Assembly (NCBI GenBank): GCA_963669175.1
Contig: OY769902.1
Span: forward strand, 2,560,001-2,624,000
Source of the DNA: a bacterium
Lineage (GTDB): Bacteria > Electryoneota > Electryoneia > Electryoneales > Electryoneaceae
Length of the DNA stretch: 64,000 bases
Direction of reading: 5' to 3'
A model generated the notes under the pieces. The model had not been told where the DNA came from, made no database searches, and saw only the letters and a list, made by a program, of their open reading frames with translations. The position numbers and the translations under genes are program-made. How positions within the stretch are numbered: the stretch's first letter is position 1; every line of letters starts with the position of its first letter. Of this stretch, positions 10,506 to 20,546 are shown one piece after another.

Positions 10506-11048
10506 GTGAGAACGAAGGGAGAAATTCGCGAGATGTGGAAAACAGCATATGAAGAGCATGGTCCGGCAGTGCTTGCCTTCCTTCATAGTCGTCTGGGAGA
10601 TCCACATGACGCGGAAGATCTGTTGCAGGAGACTTTTGTTCGAGCAATCCAGGCTGCCGAACCACTTCGTGATCTGGGAAAGACCAGGTCGTACTTGTTC
10701 AGTATCGCGCACAATACGATGGTAAATCATGTTCGCAAGAAGCGTGAAGTCTTATTGCCTGCAGGAACTGGAGCAGATGAGCAGGGATTGGAAGCGTTTC
10801 TGGACATGAATGCAGTAAATCCGGAAGATATTGCAAGCTATTCGGAATTAAAGGATAAACTGGAAGTGGTGATGAATGACATGTCAGACGCGCATCGGAA
10901 GGCCTTCGAGCAGGGTGTGCTGATGCAAAAGCCTTACAGGGACATTGCCCGGAGCACAGGCTGGAGCCTTTCTCAGGTCAAGATAAACGTATACCGGGCA
11001 AGGAAGCAGGCGATTGCTGCCTTGTCCGAGGAGTGGAAAGATGAGTGA
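10506..11048 (+). CDS. ECF RNA polymerase sigma factor
   Basis: DAEDLLQETF, SYLFSIAHN (region 2); YRDIA...VKINVYRAR (region 4); GTG start after AAGGAG. Confidence 0.92.
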   Translation: MRTKGEIREMWKTAYEEHGPAVLAFLHSRLGDPHDAEDLLQETFVRAIQAAEPLRDLGKTRSYLFSIAHNTMVNHVRKKREVLLPAGTGADEQGLEAFLDMNAVNPEDIASYSELKDKLEVVMNDMSDAHRKAFEQGVLMQKPYRDIARSTGWSLSQVKINVYRARKQAIAALSEEWKDE

Positions 11049-11709
11049 TTCACATCTTCTTAACGATATGACAGACGAGCTTTGTGAAGCGAATCTGTCT
11101 GCGATGATTGACGGGGAATTGGAACCGGAATCACTTCTGGCAACATTGGACCACATGGTTGCGAACAAGTCCTGCCGGGAGTTTTACCGCGATGCTCGTC
11201 AACTGCAGGATCGCTATGGGGCCGGTCATTTCCCCATACCCGTAAAGGAAGCTTCGTTACCGGAAAACGGCTGGCACAAGATCGAGCAGAAAAGCCTCGA
11301 TCCGGGCGCCAGGATACTGCAGTTGTTTACCCGAACACAGGTATGGGCGACTGCGGCAGCTATCCTTCTGGTTCTGGGGCTTTGGGGAGGTGGAATCATG
11401 GAATTTCACCGGCCGGTCCTGAGTAGCAAGCCTACAGAAATCACGCTCGGTGAAGACGAAGGACGTATGAGTGAACAGCGTTTTGTCGAGCTGACTTCCG
11501 AACTGCTTCGTTCGGATCGTCGTTATCGCAGGAAGATGATGGAAGTCCTGGAAGAAGTTGACCGCGTTTCCTATACCTCAGAGGGTACACCTGAAGGGGG
11601 CAGCAAGGATCGTTCTGTTTCCGGTCAACGAGGGAACAATGAGCTGCCCGGAAACTCACAGCGACGAAACTCGGGTGGATTGATGGAGCCTGTCATTCGT
11701 CTCTGGTAA
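11041..11709 (+). CDS. anti-sigma factor (ZAS-like N-terminus, one TM helix)
   Basis: overlaps the sigma stop (ATGAGTGA); LSAMIDGEL...H..(N)..C; TM segment WATAAAILLVLGLW. Confidence 0.8.
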   Translation: MSDSHLLNDMTDELCEANLSAMIDGELEPESLLATLDHMVANKSCREFYRDARQLQDRYGAGHFPIPVKEASLPENGWHKIEQKSLDPGARILQLFTRTQVWATAAAILLVLGLWGGGIMEFHRPVLSSKPTEITLGEDEGRMSEQRFVELTSELLRSDRRYRRKMMEVLEEVDRVSYTSEGTPEGGSKDRSVSGQRGNNELPGNSQRRNSGGLMEPVIRLW

Positions 11710-11750
11710 TCAGTAAAAAAAGAAGCCGTTTCAAGATAGAGGAGTAAACC

Positions 11751-13361
11751 ATGAACGTGGACGGTAAACGCTTGATGATTCTGCCCGGATTGATAGTCGC
11801 AATCCTGTTGATTGTCGCATTTTCAACATTTGCGGCGGACAATGAAGGATTCATCTATGGGAAGGTCACGACAATAAATAAAAATGAGTATCGTGGCCTG
11901 ATCCGATGGGGAGATGAAGAAGCATTCTGGGATGATCTTTTCAACTCAGCAAAAGTGGATTTCGGCGATTCAGATCACTGGGATGATTATGAAGAAGCGT
12001 TGAAAGAATACCAGGAAGAGGCGCTTGAAGAGGCGCAGGAAGCCCTGGAAGAATCGCTTGATGAGATGAGTGAAGAAGCAGATGAAATGGATGAAGAAGC
12101 GGATGAAATGGAAGAAGAAGCCGAGGATATGGAAGAGGAGCTTGACGATCTCAGGGAGGACCTTGATAATCTGAGGTTGCGTGAACGTGAAATCCGTGAG
12201 GTGCGACGTCAGGCCGAGCATATCAGGAAACAGGCTGACAGGATGAGGAAGGAAATCGAGAGAAAGCGTGAGCGTGGGGTTCAGAGCGTGGAGCATAGTG
12301 TTGTCAGCACCCGTGGCACCCACACAACTTATCTACGTGTTAATCGCGACGATTTCTCGATACCGGTGTTACCGCATGTTGTATTTGACCAGGATTTCAA
12401 CCTGTCAATCAACACATGGGGCGGAACACGGCAGTTCATGGTCCGGTTTGGTGATATCAAGAAGATCGATGTGACCGGGGAAGAAGATGCCTATGTGACC
12501 ATGAGAAATGGAGAATCGTTTGAAGTCAGCGGCTATGCCAATGATGTTGGCGGGAAACTTCTGATCAACGATCCGGCTTTTGGTGAAATCACAGTACCCT
12601 GGGACAACATCAAGACGATTGAATTCATGGATACCCCATCATCAGCCAAAACGACAGCGACCCGGATACACGGTGTCATGCAGACAGAGGCCGGTGAGTT
12701 TCGTGGCTATATACAGTGGGACAGCCAGGAATGCCTGACCACTGACGAATTGGATGGTGAATCAGAAGATGGCGACCTGTCCATAAAATTCGGTGCGATC
12801 AAAAGCATCTCACGTCGCAATCGAAGAGGGGCTGAGGTTGAGCTGAAGGATGGCAGAAGCATCGTTCTTGAAGGGACAAACGATGTAAATGAAAGCAATC
12901 GTGGTATTTACGTAGAGGATGAACGCTACGGGCGTGTACGGGTTCCCTGGGATATCTTTGACACTGTGGTTTTCGATGATAAAGGTAGCAGCGGTAGAAG
13001 CTACAAATGGTACGATAAGCAGAAATCAATCAATGGTAAGGTGAAAACAACCGATGGTCTGGAATTTGAAGGCCGCATCATTTACGACATGGATGAAAGT
13101 GGCAGCTTTGAAATTCTGAACGGGAAACGATTTGATGTGGAATACTTCATTCCTTTCGATCTGATACAAACGATCACGCCTCGCAGCCGGAACAGTAGCG
13201 AGGTGGTTCTCGCCAATGGTGATAAACTGCGCCTCTATGATCAACAGGATGTTGGTGATTCAAACGACGGTATCCTGATTTATCCCAAAGGCAGCACTGA
13301 CGATAAAGATGCCCATTTTGTCCCTTGGGGAAGTATTGAAGTCATTGAGTTGACCTGGTAA
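11751..13361 (+). CDS. exported hypothetical protein with three beta-repeat modules and an acidic coiled coil
   Basis: signal peptide; repeats IYGKVTT..EYRGLIRW / IHGVMQT..EFRGYIQW / INGKVKT..EFEGRIIY; GAGGAG RBS. Confidence 0.8.
   Translation: MNVDGKRLMILPGLIVAILLIVAFSTFAADNEGFIYGKVTTINKNEYRGLIRWGDEEAFWDDLFNSAKVDFGDSDHWDDYEEALKEYQEEALEEAQEALEESLDEMSEEADEMDEEADEMEEEAEDMEEELDDLREDLDNLRLREREIREVRRQAEHIRKQADRMRKEIERKRERGVQSVEHSVVSTRGTHTTYLRVNRDDFSIPVLPHVVFDQDFNLSINTWGGTRQFMVRFGDIKKIDVTGEEDAYVTMRNGESFEVSGYANDVGGKLLINDPAFGEITVPWDNIKTIEFMDTPSSAKTTATRIHGVMQTEAGEFRGYIQWDSQECLTTDELDGESEDGDLSIKFGAIKSISRRNRRGAEVELKDGRSIVLEGTNDVNESNRGIYVEDERYGRVRVPWDIFDTVVFDDKGSSGRSYKWYDKQKSINGKVKTTDGLEFEGRIIYDMDESGSFEILNGKRFDVEYFIPFDLIQTITPRSRNSSEVVLANGDKLRLYDQQDVGDSNDGILIYPKGSTDDKDAHFVPWGSIEVIELTW
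12060..12143 (+). repeat. in-frame 21-bp x4 tandem repeat (DEMxEEA heptads)
   Basis: gatgagatgagtgaagaagca / gatgaaatggatgaagaagcg / gatgaaatggaagaagaagcc / gaggatatggaagaggagctt. Confidence 0.8.
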
Positions 13362-13428
13362 CAAAACACGTTTTTACAAGATACGGCAAGACTGATTTCC
13401 CTTTCCCTCCATCCGGGGCAGATCGGTC

Positions 13429-13466
13429 AGGCAGTCGGGTTGGGCAGGCCCGACTGCCTTATTTTT
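13429..13466 (+). terminator. intrinsic terminator of the ECF operon
   Basis: AGGCAGTCGGG-loop-CCCGACTGCCT followed by TATTTTT. Confidence 0.8.
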
Positions 13467-13627
13467 GTCCTTTTTATCCATGTATCTCAAGCCAGTTTCC
13501 TTGCTGTGGCTCCCATAAAGTGCGATATTGCCAATGGGTCGATTCATATGAATTGATGCTCTGAGGTTTTTATTCTCCATTTCAAATAGCCGACCCTATT
13601 CATCGGCTGGAAGGAGAAAGGGGGGAC

Positions 13628-14605
13628 ATGCGCCGCGTATTGTTGTGTATCTCTGGTTTGTTTCTGCTTGCAGCATTTGCATTCACTCAACCGCTTCCTC
13701 AAGTCACCATCATGCTGCAATGGTCACCGCAAAGCCAATTCGCAGGATACTACGTCGCGTTTGATAAAGGGTTTTATCGCGATCATGGTATTGACTTACA
13801 GGTTCTTCGTGGCGGTCCGGATCGTTCGCCTACCCAGGCCTTGTTAAACGGTGAAGTTGACTTTGCGACCATGTTTCTGTCACGTGGTCTGGATCTGCGT
13901 GACCAGGGGGTACAGGTTGTCAATATTTGTCAGTTGCTGAACCAGAGCACGGTGATGATCGTGGGCAGCGCTACTCGCGGAATCAACACGATCGAAGATC
14001 TTGATGGGTGTACGATCAGCCTGTGGGATGGGGAATTCAATATTCCGTACAGGGCATTCTTTAAAACACATGATCTTACTTACAACCGGGTACCACAGTA
14101 CTATTCAGTAAACCTCTTCTTGCGTGGTGGTGTAGATGCCTGCGCGGCGATGCACTACAACGAATATCATATGATTTACCAGGCTGGTGTTGATTTTGAT
14201 GAGCTGACACCGATCATGTTGCGTGATTATGGCGTCAACCTGCCTGAAGACGGAATCTATTGTCTTGCGCCGGTGTATGAAGCCAACCAGGAAATGTGCC
14301 GGGCTGTCGCCGAGGCTTCACTGGAGGGGTGGGCCTATGCCAGAGATCACCAGGATGAAGCGCTTGATATTGTGATGAAATATGTCAATGAAGCTTATGT
14401 TCCCACCAACCGCGCTCACATGAGATGGATGCTGACCATTGTACTTGATGCCATTTTCCCGCAAGGTGAACAGGATTGGACGATTGGCGTACTGTCGGAA
14501 GAGCAGTACAGGAATTCGGTTAACCTGATGCAATCCCTGGATTTAATTCACTCGTCAGCGCCTTATGCGGAGTTTTTCAGGGGAGGGCAACCCAATGCTG
14601 AATAA
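13628..14605 (+). CDS. NMT1/THI5-like periplasmic substrate-binding protein
   Basis: signal peptide; LQW.PQSQFAGYYVA..KGFY..G.D; ASLEGW.YA. Confidence 0.88.
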   Translation: MRRVLLCISGLFLLAAFAFTQPLPQVTIMLQWSPQSQFAGYYVAFDKGFYRDHGIDLQVLRGGPDRSPTQALLNGEVDFATMFLSRGLDLRDQGVQVVNICQLLNQSTVMIVGSATRGINTIEDLDGCTISLWDGEFNIPYRAFFKTHDLTYNRVPQYYSVNLFLRGGVDACAAMHYNEYHMIYQAGVDFDELTPIMLRDYGVNLPEDGIYCLAPVYEANQEMCRAVAEASLEGWAYARDHQDEALDIVMKYVNEAYVPTNRAHMRWMLTIVLDAIFPQGEQDWTIGVLSEEQYRNSVNLMQSLDLIHSSAPYAEFFRGGQPNAE

Positions 14606-16499
14606 ACTTCCTCTTGCATGGCGACTTAGCTTGATGGTGTTGGTTTCCGCCGGTCTAATCATGGGTATTATTGTCGGCTACCTGTATTTTCAGGCGGAAC
14701 GTCTGTTAGTCCTTGAACTTGAGGACAAAGCGGACTATATGGCGGTAGCAACGGCCAACAGGATAGAAACGGTTGAACGTGCTGTATCTAAAGTCGCCCT
14801 AGAATTGGCTGCTTTATTGAAGGATGTTCCACCTACGAAAAAAACCCTCTATACCTTCCTTGAAAGCACGGTTTATTCGCATGATGAGATCTTCGGCGGC
14901 GCCATTGCAATGGACCCGGAAGATTTACCACGTGATCCCAGTTACAGGGCTCCGTATGTTTGCCGATCAGGGGATACCCTGGTTGCTTTTGACCTTGGCG
15001 AAGGGGATTATCATTACGAGGTCTGGGAGTGGTATACCATACCGGTTCAGTTGGATAGCGCTGTCTGGAGTGAACCCTATTTTGATACCGGCGGCGGAAA
15101 TGCCCTGATGGTAACCCATTCCGTGCCGTTCTACAGTCCGGGCAAAGAAGGTGATATGCTCGGGGTTGTAACTTCGGATGTCTTGCTGGAAACGCTGACC
15201 AGCGACCTGGATGAACTGCAACTGGGTGAATCCAGCTACGCTTTCCTGTTAACCCAGAACGGCACATTTGTAACGCATCCGAACAAAGATTTTGTGATGC
15301 GAGAAACTATTTTCAGCGTTGCGGAAGCACGGGGCGATGAACAACTGCGCCAACTTGGGCAACGCATGCTAAAGAATGAAAGCGCGTTTGTACCGTACAC
15401 CTGTCTGTATGATGAAAAGCCAGGTTGGCTGGTCTATGTTCCTATTGAAAACACAGGCTGGACATTGGGAGTATTCTTCCCTGAAGAGCTTCTAATGGCA
15501 AAGGTCTGGGAGCTGTCCCGCTGGGTGCTGATATTTGGCGCAATTGGTTTCGCTTTGCTTCTGGTTGTTGTTTTGTTTATCGCACGATCAATAACCGGCC
15601 CAATTGCTGCCCTGAACGACGCAACTGAAATCCTGGCCGCAGGACAACTTGATGCACCTCTACCTGAGATCAAGGGTGAAGATGAAGTCGCACGGCTGGC
15701 ATCATCGTTCATCAAGATGCGTGATGATCTGAAGATCTACATCGAGGAGAGTGTTGAGAAGCGCAAGATGGAAGAGCAGCTTGCGCTGGCGCGTCAGATT
15801 CAAGAGGGTTTCCTGCCGCAACAGCTTCCGGAAACACCGGGTATCGGGGTGCATGGGTACTGCGAATTCTGTCTTGAGGCTGCGGGCGACTACTATGATG
15901 TGATCGCCTGGGAAAATAAAAAAACCATTCTGGCTATCGGGGATGTGTCCGGGAAAGGCGCCGGCGCTGCATTATTAATGGCTAACTTGCAGGCATCGTT
16001 ACGTACTTCGCTGCCCCAGATGAATGAGCTGGACAAGGTGGTTTTCAACATCAACAACCTGATCGATACCAATACTCCTTCAGGCCAGTTTATCACGTTC
16101 TTCGTCGCTGTTTACGATCCGGAAACTCGTAAGCTGATCTACGTAAACGCCGGTCATAATCCACCTTTACTCTTCCGAAATGATGGCAAGACCATCGAAG
16201 AACTGGGCGAGGGGGGCGGCCTGTTCCTGGGTGGGATGCCGGATATGCCGTATGAGGCAATAGAAGTTCAACTGGAAAAAGATGATGTGTTGTTCATGTT
16301 TACCGATGGGGTTACGGAAGCCTTCAACAAGAACCAGGAAGAGTTCACGGAAGAGGGCGTGAAGGCGCACATTTCAGCCTTCCGGGATAAACCGTTGAAG
16401 AATATCCTGACCAGCCTGCGTGAACATGTGGTGCGTTTCCAGGGACATGACCGTTTCGAGGATGATTTCACCATGTTGATTGTGCGGGTGATTGAATGA
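14595..16499 (+). CDS. Cache-HAMP-SpoIIE (PP2C/RsbU-like) sensor phosphatase
   Basis: two TMs flanking a dCache (WY..P..WSEPYFD), HAMP (DEVARLA..F..M), GDYYD, GDVSGKG, NAGHNPP, TDGVTEA, DDFT. Confidence 0.92.
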   Translation: MLNKLPLAWRLSLMVLVSAGLIMGIIVGYLYFQAERLLVLELEDKADYMAVATANRIETVERAVSKVALELAALLKDVPPTKKTLYTFLESTVYSHDEIFGGAIAMDPEDLPRDPSYRAPYVCRSGDTLVAFDLGEGDYHYEVWEWYTIPVQLDSAVWSEPYFDTGGGNALMVTHSVPFYSPGKEGDMLGVVTSDVLLETLTSDLDELQLGESSYAFLLTQNGTFVTHPNKDFVMRETIFSVAEARGDEQLRQLGQRMLKNESAFVPYTCLYDEKPGWLVYVPIENTGWTLGVFFPEELLMAKVWELSRWVLIFGAIGFALLLVVVLFIARSITGPIAALNDATEILAAGQLDAPLPEIKGEDEVARLASSFIKMRDDLKIYIEESVEKRKMEEQLALARQIQEGFLPQQLPETPGIGVHGYCEFCLEAAGDYYDVIAWENKKTILAIGDVSGKGAGAALLMANLQASLRTSLPQMNELDKVVFNINNLIDTNTPSGQFITFFVAVYDPETRKLIYVNAGHNPPLLFRNDGKTIEELGEGGGLFLGGMPDMPYEAIEVQLEKDDVLFMFTDGVTEAFNKNQEEFTEEGVKAHISAFRDKPLKNILTSLREHVVRFQGHDRFEDDFTMLIVRVIE

Positions 16500-16520
16500 G
16501 ATGAAGCAAGGTAACCGGGT

Positions 16521-16546
16521 AGCCCGGCCATGCCTGGCCGGGTCTT
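16521..16546 (+). terminator. possible terminator hairpin
   Basis: CCCGGCCA-tgcc-TGGCCGGG followed by TCTT (weak U-tract). Confidence 0.45.
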
Positions 16547-16643
16547 GGGAAAGCAGCAGGGGCAGAGCAAAATAATACTTAAACGTCATTGGACCACTTG
16601 AGTTCGTCCCCTTCCTATACACAGTTTATAACAGGAAGAGGAG

Positions 16644-18110
16644 ATGAAAGGTATCCTGGGGGCGAATATGAGAGCAAAAAACTATTCAATACGAGTATTA
16701 GCAACTCATTATATGGCATTCCTTTCTACAGTAGCACGTCCAGTTATCCTGTCTCTTGTACTTGTCTTTTGTTGCCTTCCACCTGTTCAATCTTTCGGCC
16801 AATCCCCTGATGCAGCAGAATATGAATATCAGGTTCCTTTTGACCGTGATGGCCGTTTCCTGGAAATTGATGCGGGAATGGCAAAGGATATGGCTATTTT
16901 CTCACAATACCAGGCATTCTCCAGAGCCTGCCTGTTCCAGAGTCAGGATTCATCTCTTGCGCTCGAAGTTTACTACCAGTCACCGGAAGGACGTATCATC
17001 AAGAGACGTGTTCCCTGTTCTCGTACTGAACTGGTGGACATCCGGTTCAGGCTGGAACAGATGTCATGGGCCTACAGGGAAGTCTATGATGTATCCGCCC
17101 TGGGGCGGAGTAAGATGGTGATTTACAGTGGTATCCTTGGAGCGACATACTATGGTTGGGCCATTCCTACAGTAGCTGGTGTCAAGACCAGCGACGCCGG
17201 ATTTATCCCGTTATACCTGATGATAACTGGTGGAAGTTTTGTTATTCCATATCTTTCGACCAGTGAAACTTCACTGCGTACCGGTGCAGTGAACTTTTAC
17301 AGCTATGGCATCAGCCGTGGCCTGGTTCATGGCATTGCGCTGCACGCTCTGCTGGGAAAAGATGAAAGTGAAACCGACGGTGAATTAACCTGGGGTGTCC
17401 TTGGGAGTCTTGGTGAAGGATTGCTGGGATATCATCTTGCCAATAAATTCAAAATCTCTCCCGGTGAAGCCTCAGTATTCTGTACAGGCGCTGATTTTGG
17501 CCTGGTCTGGGGAACGGCAATTGCCGTTGAGAATGACTGGATGTATGATGTCAATTCGAAAGAATTGGCGAGTTGCCTGTTAATCGGCACGGCAGTCGGC
17601 GGTGGATTGGGGGTAGCGCTCAATGCCCACGCACCTTACAGCGAAGGCGATGCCATCCTTCTTAGCACGTCCGGGATCCTGGGGGCTTACCTGCCTTACA
17701 CATATTTTGAAGCTAAAGATATTCGCAGAAAGCCGGCAGGTGTTTTGATCGGAGGTTCAATCGCCGGATTGGCAGTTGGGCACTTCCTGGCCAATGGACG
17801 TAGTTATTCACCTGCAGAAGGCACAACGGTTCAGGTCTGGACCCTGGGGTGGGGACTTGCCGGATGGGGTATACCCTTTATTATGTCTGACGGGGAAGAA
17901 TCCCGTGAAAACCTGTTTGCATACAGCGCTGCATCAAGCACTTTCGGCTACATCCTAAGCAACATGCTGTACCGCCCCGATGCGACACCGCGTCATGGCA
18001 ATACCAGTACAATCGACCTTGACATCTTTCCCACCGTAACCGCTGCCTGGGATGAAACAGGTATTTCAGCGCGCCCGGTCCCTGCATTCGGGATTCGTCT
18101 GGTACACTGA
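16644..18110 (+). CDS. hypothetical glycine-rich multi-helix membrane protein
   Basis: long ORF with GAGGAG RBS, N-terminal hydrophobic signal and repeated Gly-rich hydrophobic hairpins. Confidence 0.7.
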   Translation: MKGILGANMRAKNYSIRVLATHYMAFLSTVARPVILSLVLVFCCLPPVQSFGQSPDAAEYEYQVPFDRDGRFLEIDAGMAKDMAIFSQYQAFSRACLFQSQDSSLALEVYYQSPEGRIIKRRVPCSRTELVDIRFRLEQMSWAYREVYDVSALGRSKMVIYSGILGATYYGWAIPTVAGVKTSDAGFIPLYLMITGGSFVIPYLSTSETSLRTGAVNFYSYGISRGLVHGIALHALLGKDESETDGELTWGVLGSLGEGLLGYHLANKFKISPGEASVFCTGADFGLVWGTAIAVENDWMYDVNSKELASCLLIGTAVGGGLGVALNAHAPYSEGDAILLSTSGILGAYLPYTYFEAKDIRRKPAGVLIGGSIAGLAVGHFLANGRSYSPAEGTTVQVWTLGWGLAGWGIPFIMSDGEESRENLFAYSAASSTFGYILSNMLYRPDATPRHGNTSTIDLDIFPTVTAAWDETGISARPVPAFGIRLVH

Positions 18111-18195
18111 TTGCGTGGCACATTGCGCCTGCTTGAAACAGGACAGCGACAGACGTATCTTCAAGCACCTTACAAAACCAACCGAGGAGACAGGC

Positions 18196-20082
18196 ATGCG
18201 TAGCACGTTCAGCCTGATGATTGCCATTTTACTGCTGGTGGGGACCATCCCGGCCCTGGCGCAGGAAGAAGTACTCTTTTACAACAGTCGTAATGATGTA
18301 CCGGAAAAGTACCAGTGGAATATCTACGACATTTACGAGAATGATGCCGCCTGGGAAGAAGCTTTCAAGATGCTTGAGAAGATGATTCCCGAGATGGACA
18401 AGTACAAAGGCAAGCTGGGTGAATCGGCAGCGACTCTTGCGGATGCGCTCGACTGGCAGTATGAGATGCTGGAATTGATGTATGAGCTGGAAGTTTATGT
18501 CAGCCAGATGCGTGATGTGGATACGCGCAATGCCAAGGCCAACGAGATGTACAGCCGTTACAACGGTCTGAATGCACGAATTTCCGAGGCGGTAGCGTTT
18601 GTAGATCCGGAAATCGCTACTATCCCCGAGAAGACTCTGAAAGTTTACATGAAAGATGAGCGTCTGCAGACCTATAATCATCTCCTCGATAACATTATCC
18701 GCAGCAAGCCGCACATTCGCAGCACCGAAGTAGAGGAAGCTCTGGCGTCCGGTGGGCTGGTTCAGGACGCATCTCGTGAAGCTTACACCGCCATGGTCTA
18801 TTCTGACATCCAATGGCCGCAGATTCGTAATGCGGATGGCGACCTGGAAACCGTATCCCCGGCGTTGTATTACAGCTTTGTTTCCAACAAGGATCGTGAC
18901 ACCCGTCGTCGTGCCGCGCTGGCGTTGTTCGGCGCCTATACCGATTACGCCAACACCTTTGCCGCGACGTATAACGGTAGCGTGCAGAAAGACATCTGGC
19001 TGGCGCGTGTTCACAAGTTTGACACCGCGCTTGAGGCCAAGCTGTTTGATATCAATGTTCCTACCAAAGTCATCGAAACCCTGCTGTCCACGGTTCATGA
19101 GAACACGGATAAGGTCGCACGTTATGTGGACCTGCGTAAAAAAGTGCTCGGAATCGGCGATTTCCACGTCTACGATCTCTATGTCGGCATGACCCCGGAA
19201 GTCGATGACGCCATGACCTATGAAGAAGCGACCAAACTGGCGTTGGACTTCTGGAAAGAGACTTTTGGTGAAGAGTATTACACTATAGCGAAGCAGGCTC
19301 TTGAAGAAAAATGGGTTGATGTTTATGCGTCCAGCGGCAAGCGTGGCGGCGCCTATTCCTGGGGCACCTATCGTTCGCATCCGTATTTGCTGCTGAACTG
19401 GGGCGGTACGCTGGAAGATGCGTTCACCCTCGTGCATGAGATGGGCCATTCCATGCACACCTACTACACCAACCAGAACCAGCCGTTCCATTACTCGGAC
19501 TATTCACTGTTCGTGGCAGAAGTTGCGGCAGTTGGCGCTGAAGCACTGTTCATTGATTACATGCTGGAGCATGAAACCGATCCGGGACGTCGTCTCCTCC
19601 TGTTGAATCAGCGGATGCAGAACATCACCGGCACGTTCCTGCGCCAGATCTTTTTCCATGAATTTGAGCAGCGGGCTCATGAGATGGCGGAAGCCGGTGA
19701 AGCCCTTACCCAGGGATCGCTGGGCGAATTGTACGCCGACCTGTGGACCAGCTATTACGGTCCGGAACTGGTGCTGGATGACGAGTTCTACGCCGGTTGG
19801 TCACGGATTCCGCATTTCTACCGCACCTATTACGTCTGGGTTTACGCTACCAGCTATGCGGCCGGCGAAGCGATTGCCCAACGGGTGCGTTCCGGTGACA
19901 GGGGCGCTGTCCAGGATTACCTGAACTTCCTGAAGCTTGGCAACAGCGTCTATCCGATTGATGCGCTGAAAGTGGCCGGTGTGGACATGACCGATGCTGA
20001 TGTCATCCGAAACGTCATGAACCAGTACGAGAAAACGCTGGAAGAGATGGAACCGTTGCTGCTGGAGATGATGGCGAAATAA
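18196..20082 (+). CDS. pepF: oligoendopeptidase F (M3B) with N-terminal signal peptide
   Basis: KYQWNI..IY, GKRGGAYSWG, HPYLLLN, HEMGH, AEVA, WSRIPHFY; GAGGAG RBS. Confidence 0.93.
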   Translation: MRSTFSLMIAILLLVGTIPALAQEEVLFYNSRNDVPEKYQWNIYDIYENDAAWEEAFKMLEKMIPEMDKYKGKLGESAATLADALDWQYEMLELMYELEVYVSQMRDVDTRNAKANEMYSRYNGLNARISEAVAFVDPEIATIPEKTLKVYMKDERLQTYNHLLDNIIRSKPHIRSTEVEEALASGGLVQDASREAYTAMVYSDIQWPQIRNADGDLETVSPALYYSFVSNKDRDTRRRAALALFGAYTDYANTFAATYNGSVQKDIWLARVHKFDTALEAKLFDINVPTKVIETLLSTVHENTDKVARYVDLRKKVLGIGDFHVYDLYVGMTPEVDDAMTYEEATKLALDFWKETFGEEYYTIAKQALEEKWVDVYASSGKRGGAYSWGTYRSHPYLLLNWGGTLEDAFTLVHEMGHSMHTYYTNQNQPFHYSDYSLFVAEVAAVGAEALFIDYMLEHETDPGRRLLLLNQRMQNITGTFLRQIFFHEFEQRAHEMAEAGEALTQGSLGELYADLWTSYYGPELVLDDEFYAGWSRIPHFYRTYYVWVYATSYAAGEAIAQRVRSGDRGAVQDYLNFLKLGNSVYPIDALKVAGVDMTDADVIRNVMNQYEKTLEEMEPLLLEMMAK

Positions 20083-20112
20083 TACGGGCTTCGTCACTTC
20101 CCTGAGATTTTG

Positions 20113-20146
20113 AACCCCGCCGAAGTTTGGCGGGGTTTGTCTTTTC
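20113..20146 (+). terminator. intrinsic terminator after pepF
   Basis: AACCCCGCCG-aagt-TTGGCGGGGTT followed by TGTCTTTT. Confidence 0.7.
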
Positions 20147-20298
20147 TGAGTGAAAAAAGTGATCAGTAAAAAAAGTGAAAAAAGTTGAAGAGTTCCAAAG
20201 TTTGAAAGTCATTGTTCTATAGATTTTATTGTTCTTTCTTACTACAGTTTTTTTTAAATATGCAGTTGTTGGTTCCTCGCTATTTTGAATGGGTAAGC

Positions 20299-20546
20299 AG
20301 GCGAAAAATGGGACTGTTACCTTTTCATGCTTTCGAATGCAGAACAATCACATCAGTATTGATGAAAAGGTAACTGTACCAAATTTTTTGCCTGTTCTGT
20401 AAGATGGTTCCGGACTGGAAAATGCCGGGACAGCCACCTTTTCGCAATATATCTTCCCCGCGATCAATGATTTTGCGTATAAATGAAACATGGTCAACAA
20501 TATCTGGCATATTCGCAGGCGAAAAGTGTGGCAGTCCCCATTTTCC
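20299..20546 (-). repeat. four-motif palindromic element, family R2 copy A
   Basis: GGGACTGTTACCTTTTCA / TGAAAAGGTAACTGTACC / GGGACAGCCACCTTTTCG / CGAAAAGTGTGGCAGTCCCC; inverted homolog of 31193-31443 and 41384-41630. Confidence 0.85.

Noticed and set aside
13470-13627. TPP riboswitch upstream of the NMT1/THI5-like gene
   Set aside because: The conserved CTGAGA and ACCTGA...AGCG motifs were not found
18229-19491. 420-aa minus-strand ORF
   Set aside because: Antisense shadow of pepF caused by codon bias
20299-20546. R2 motif-spacer pattern as a CRISPR array
   Set aside because: Motifs alternate in orientation, spacers are unequal within a copy and homologous between copies, and there are no cas genes
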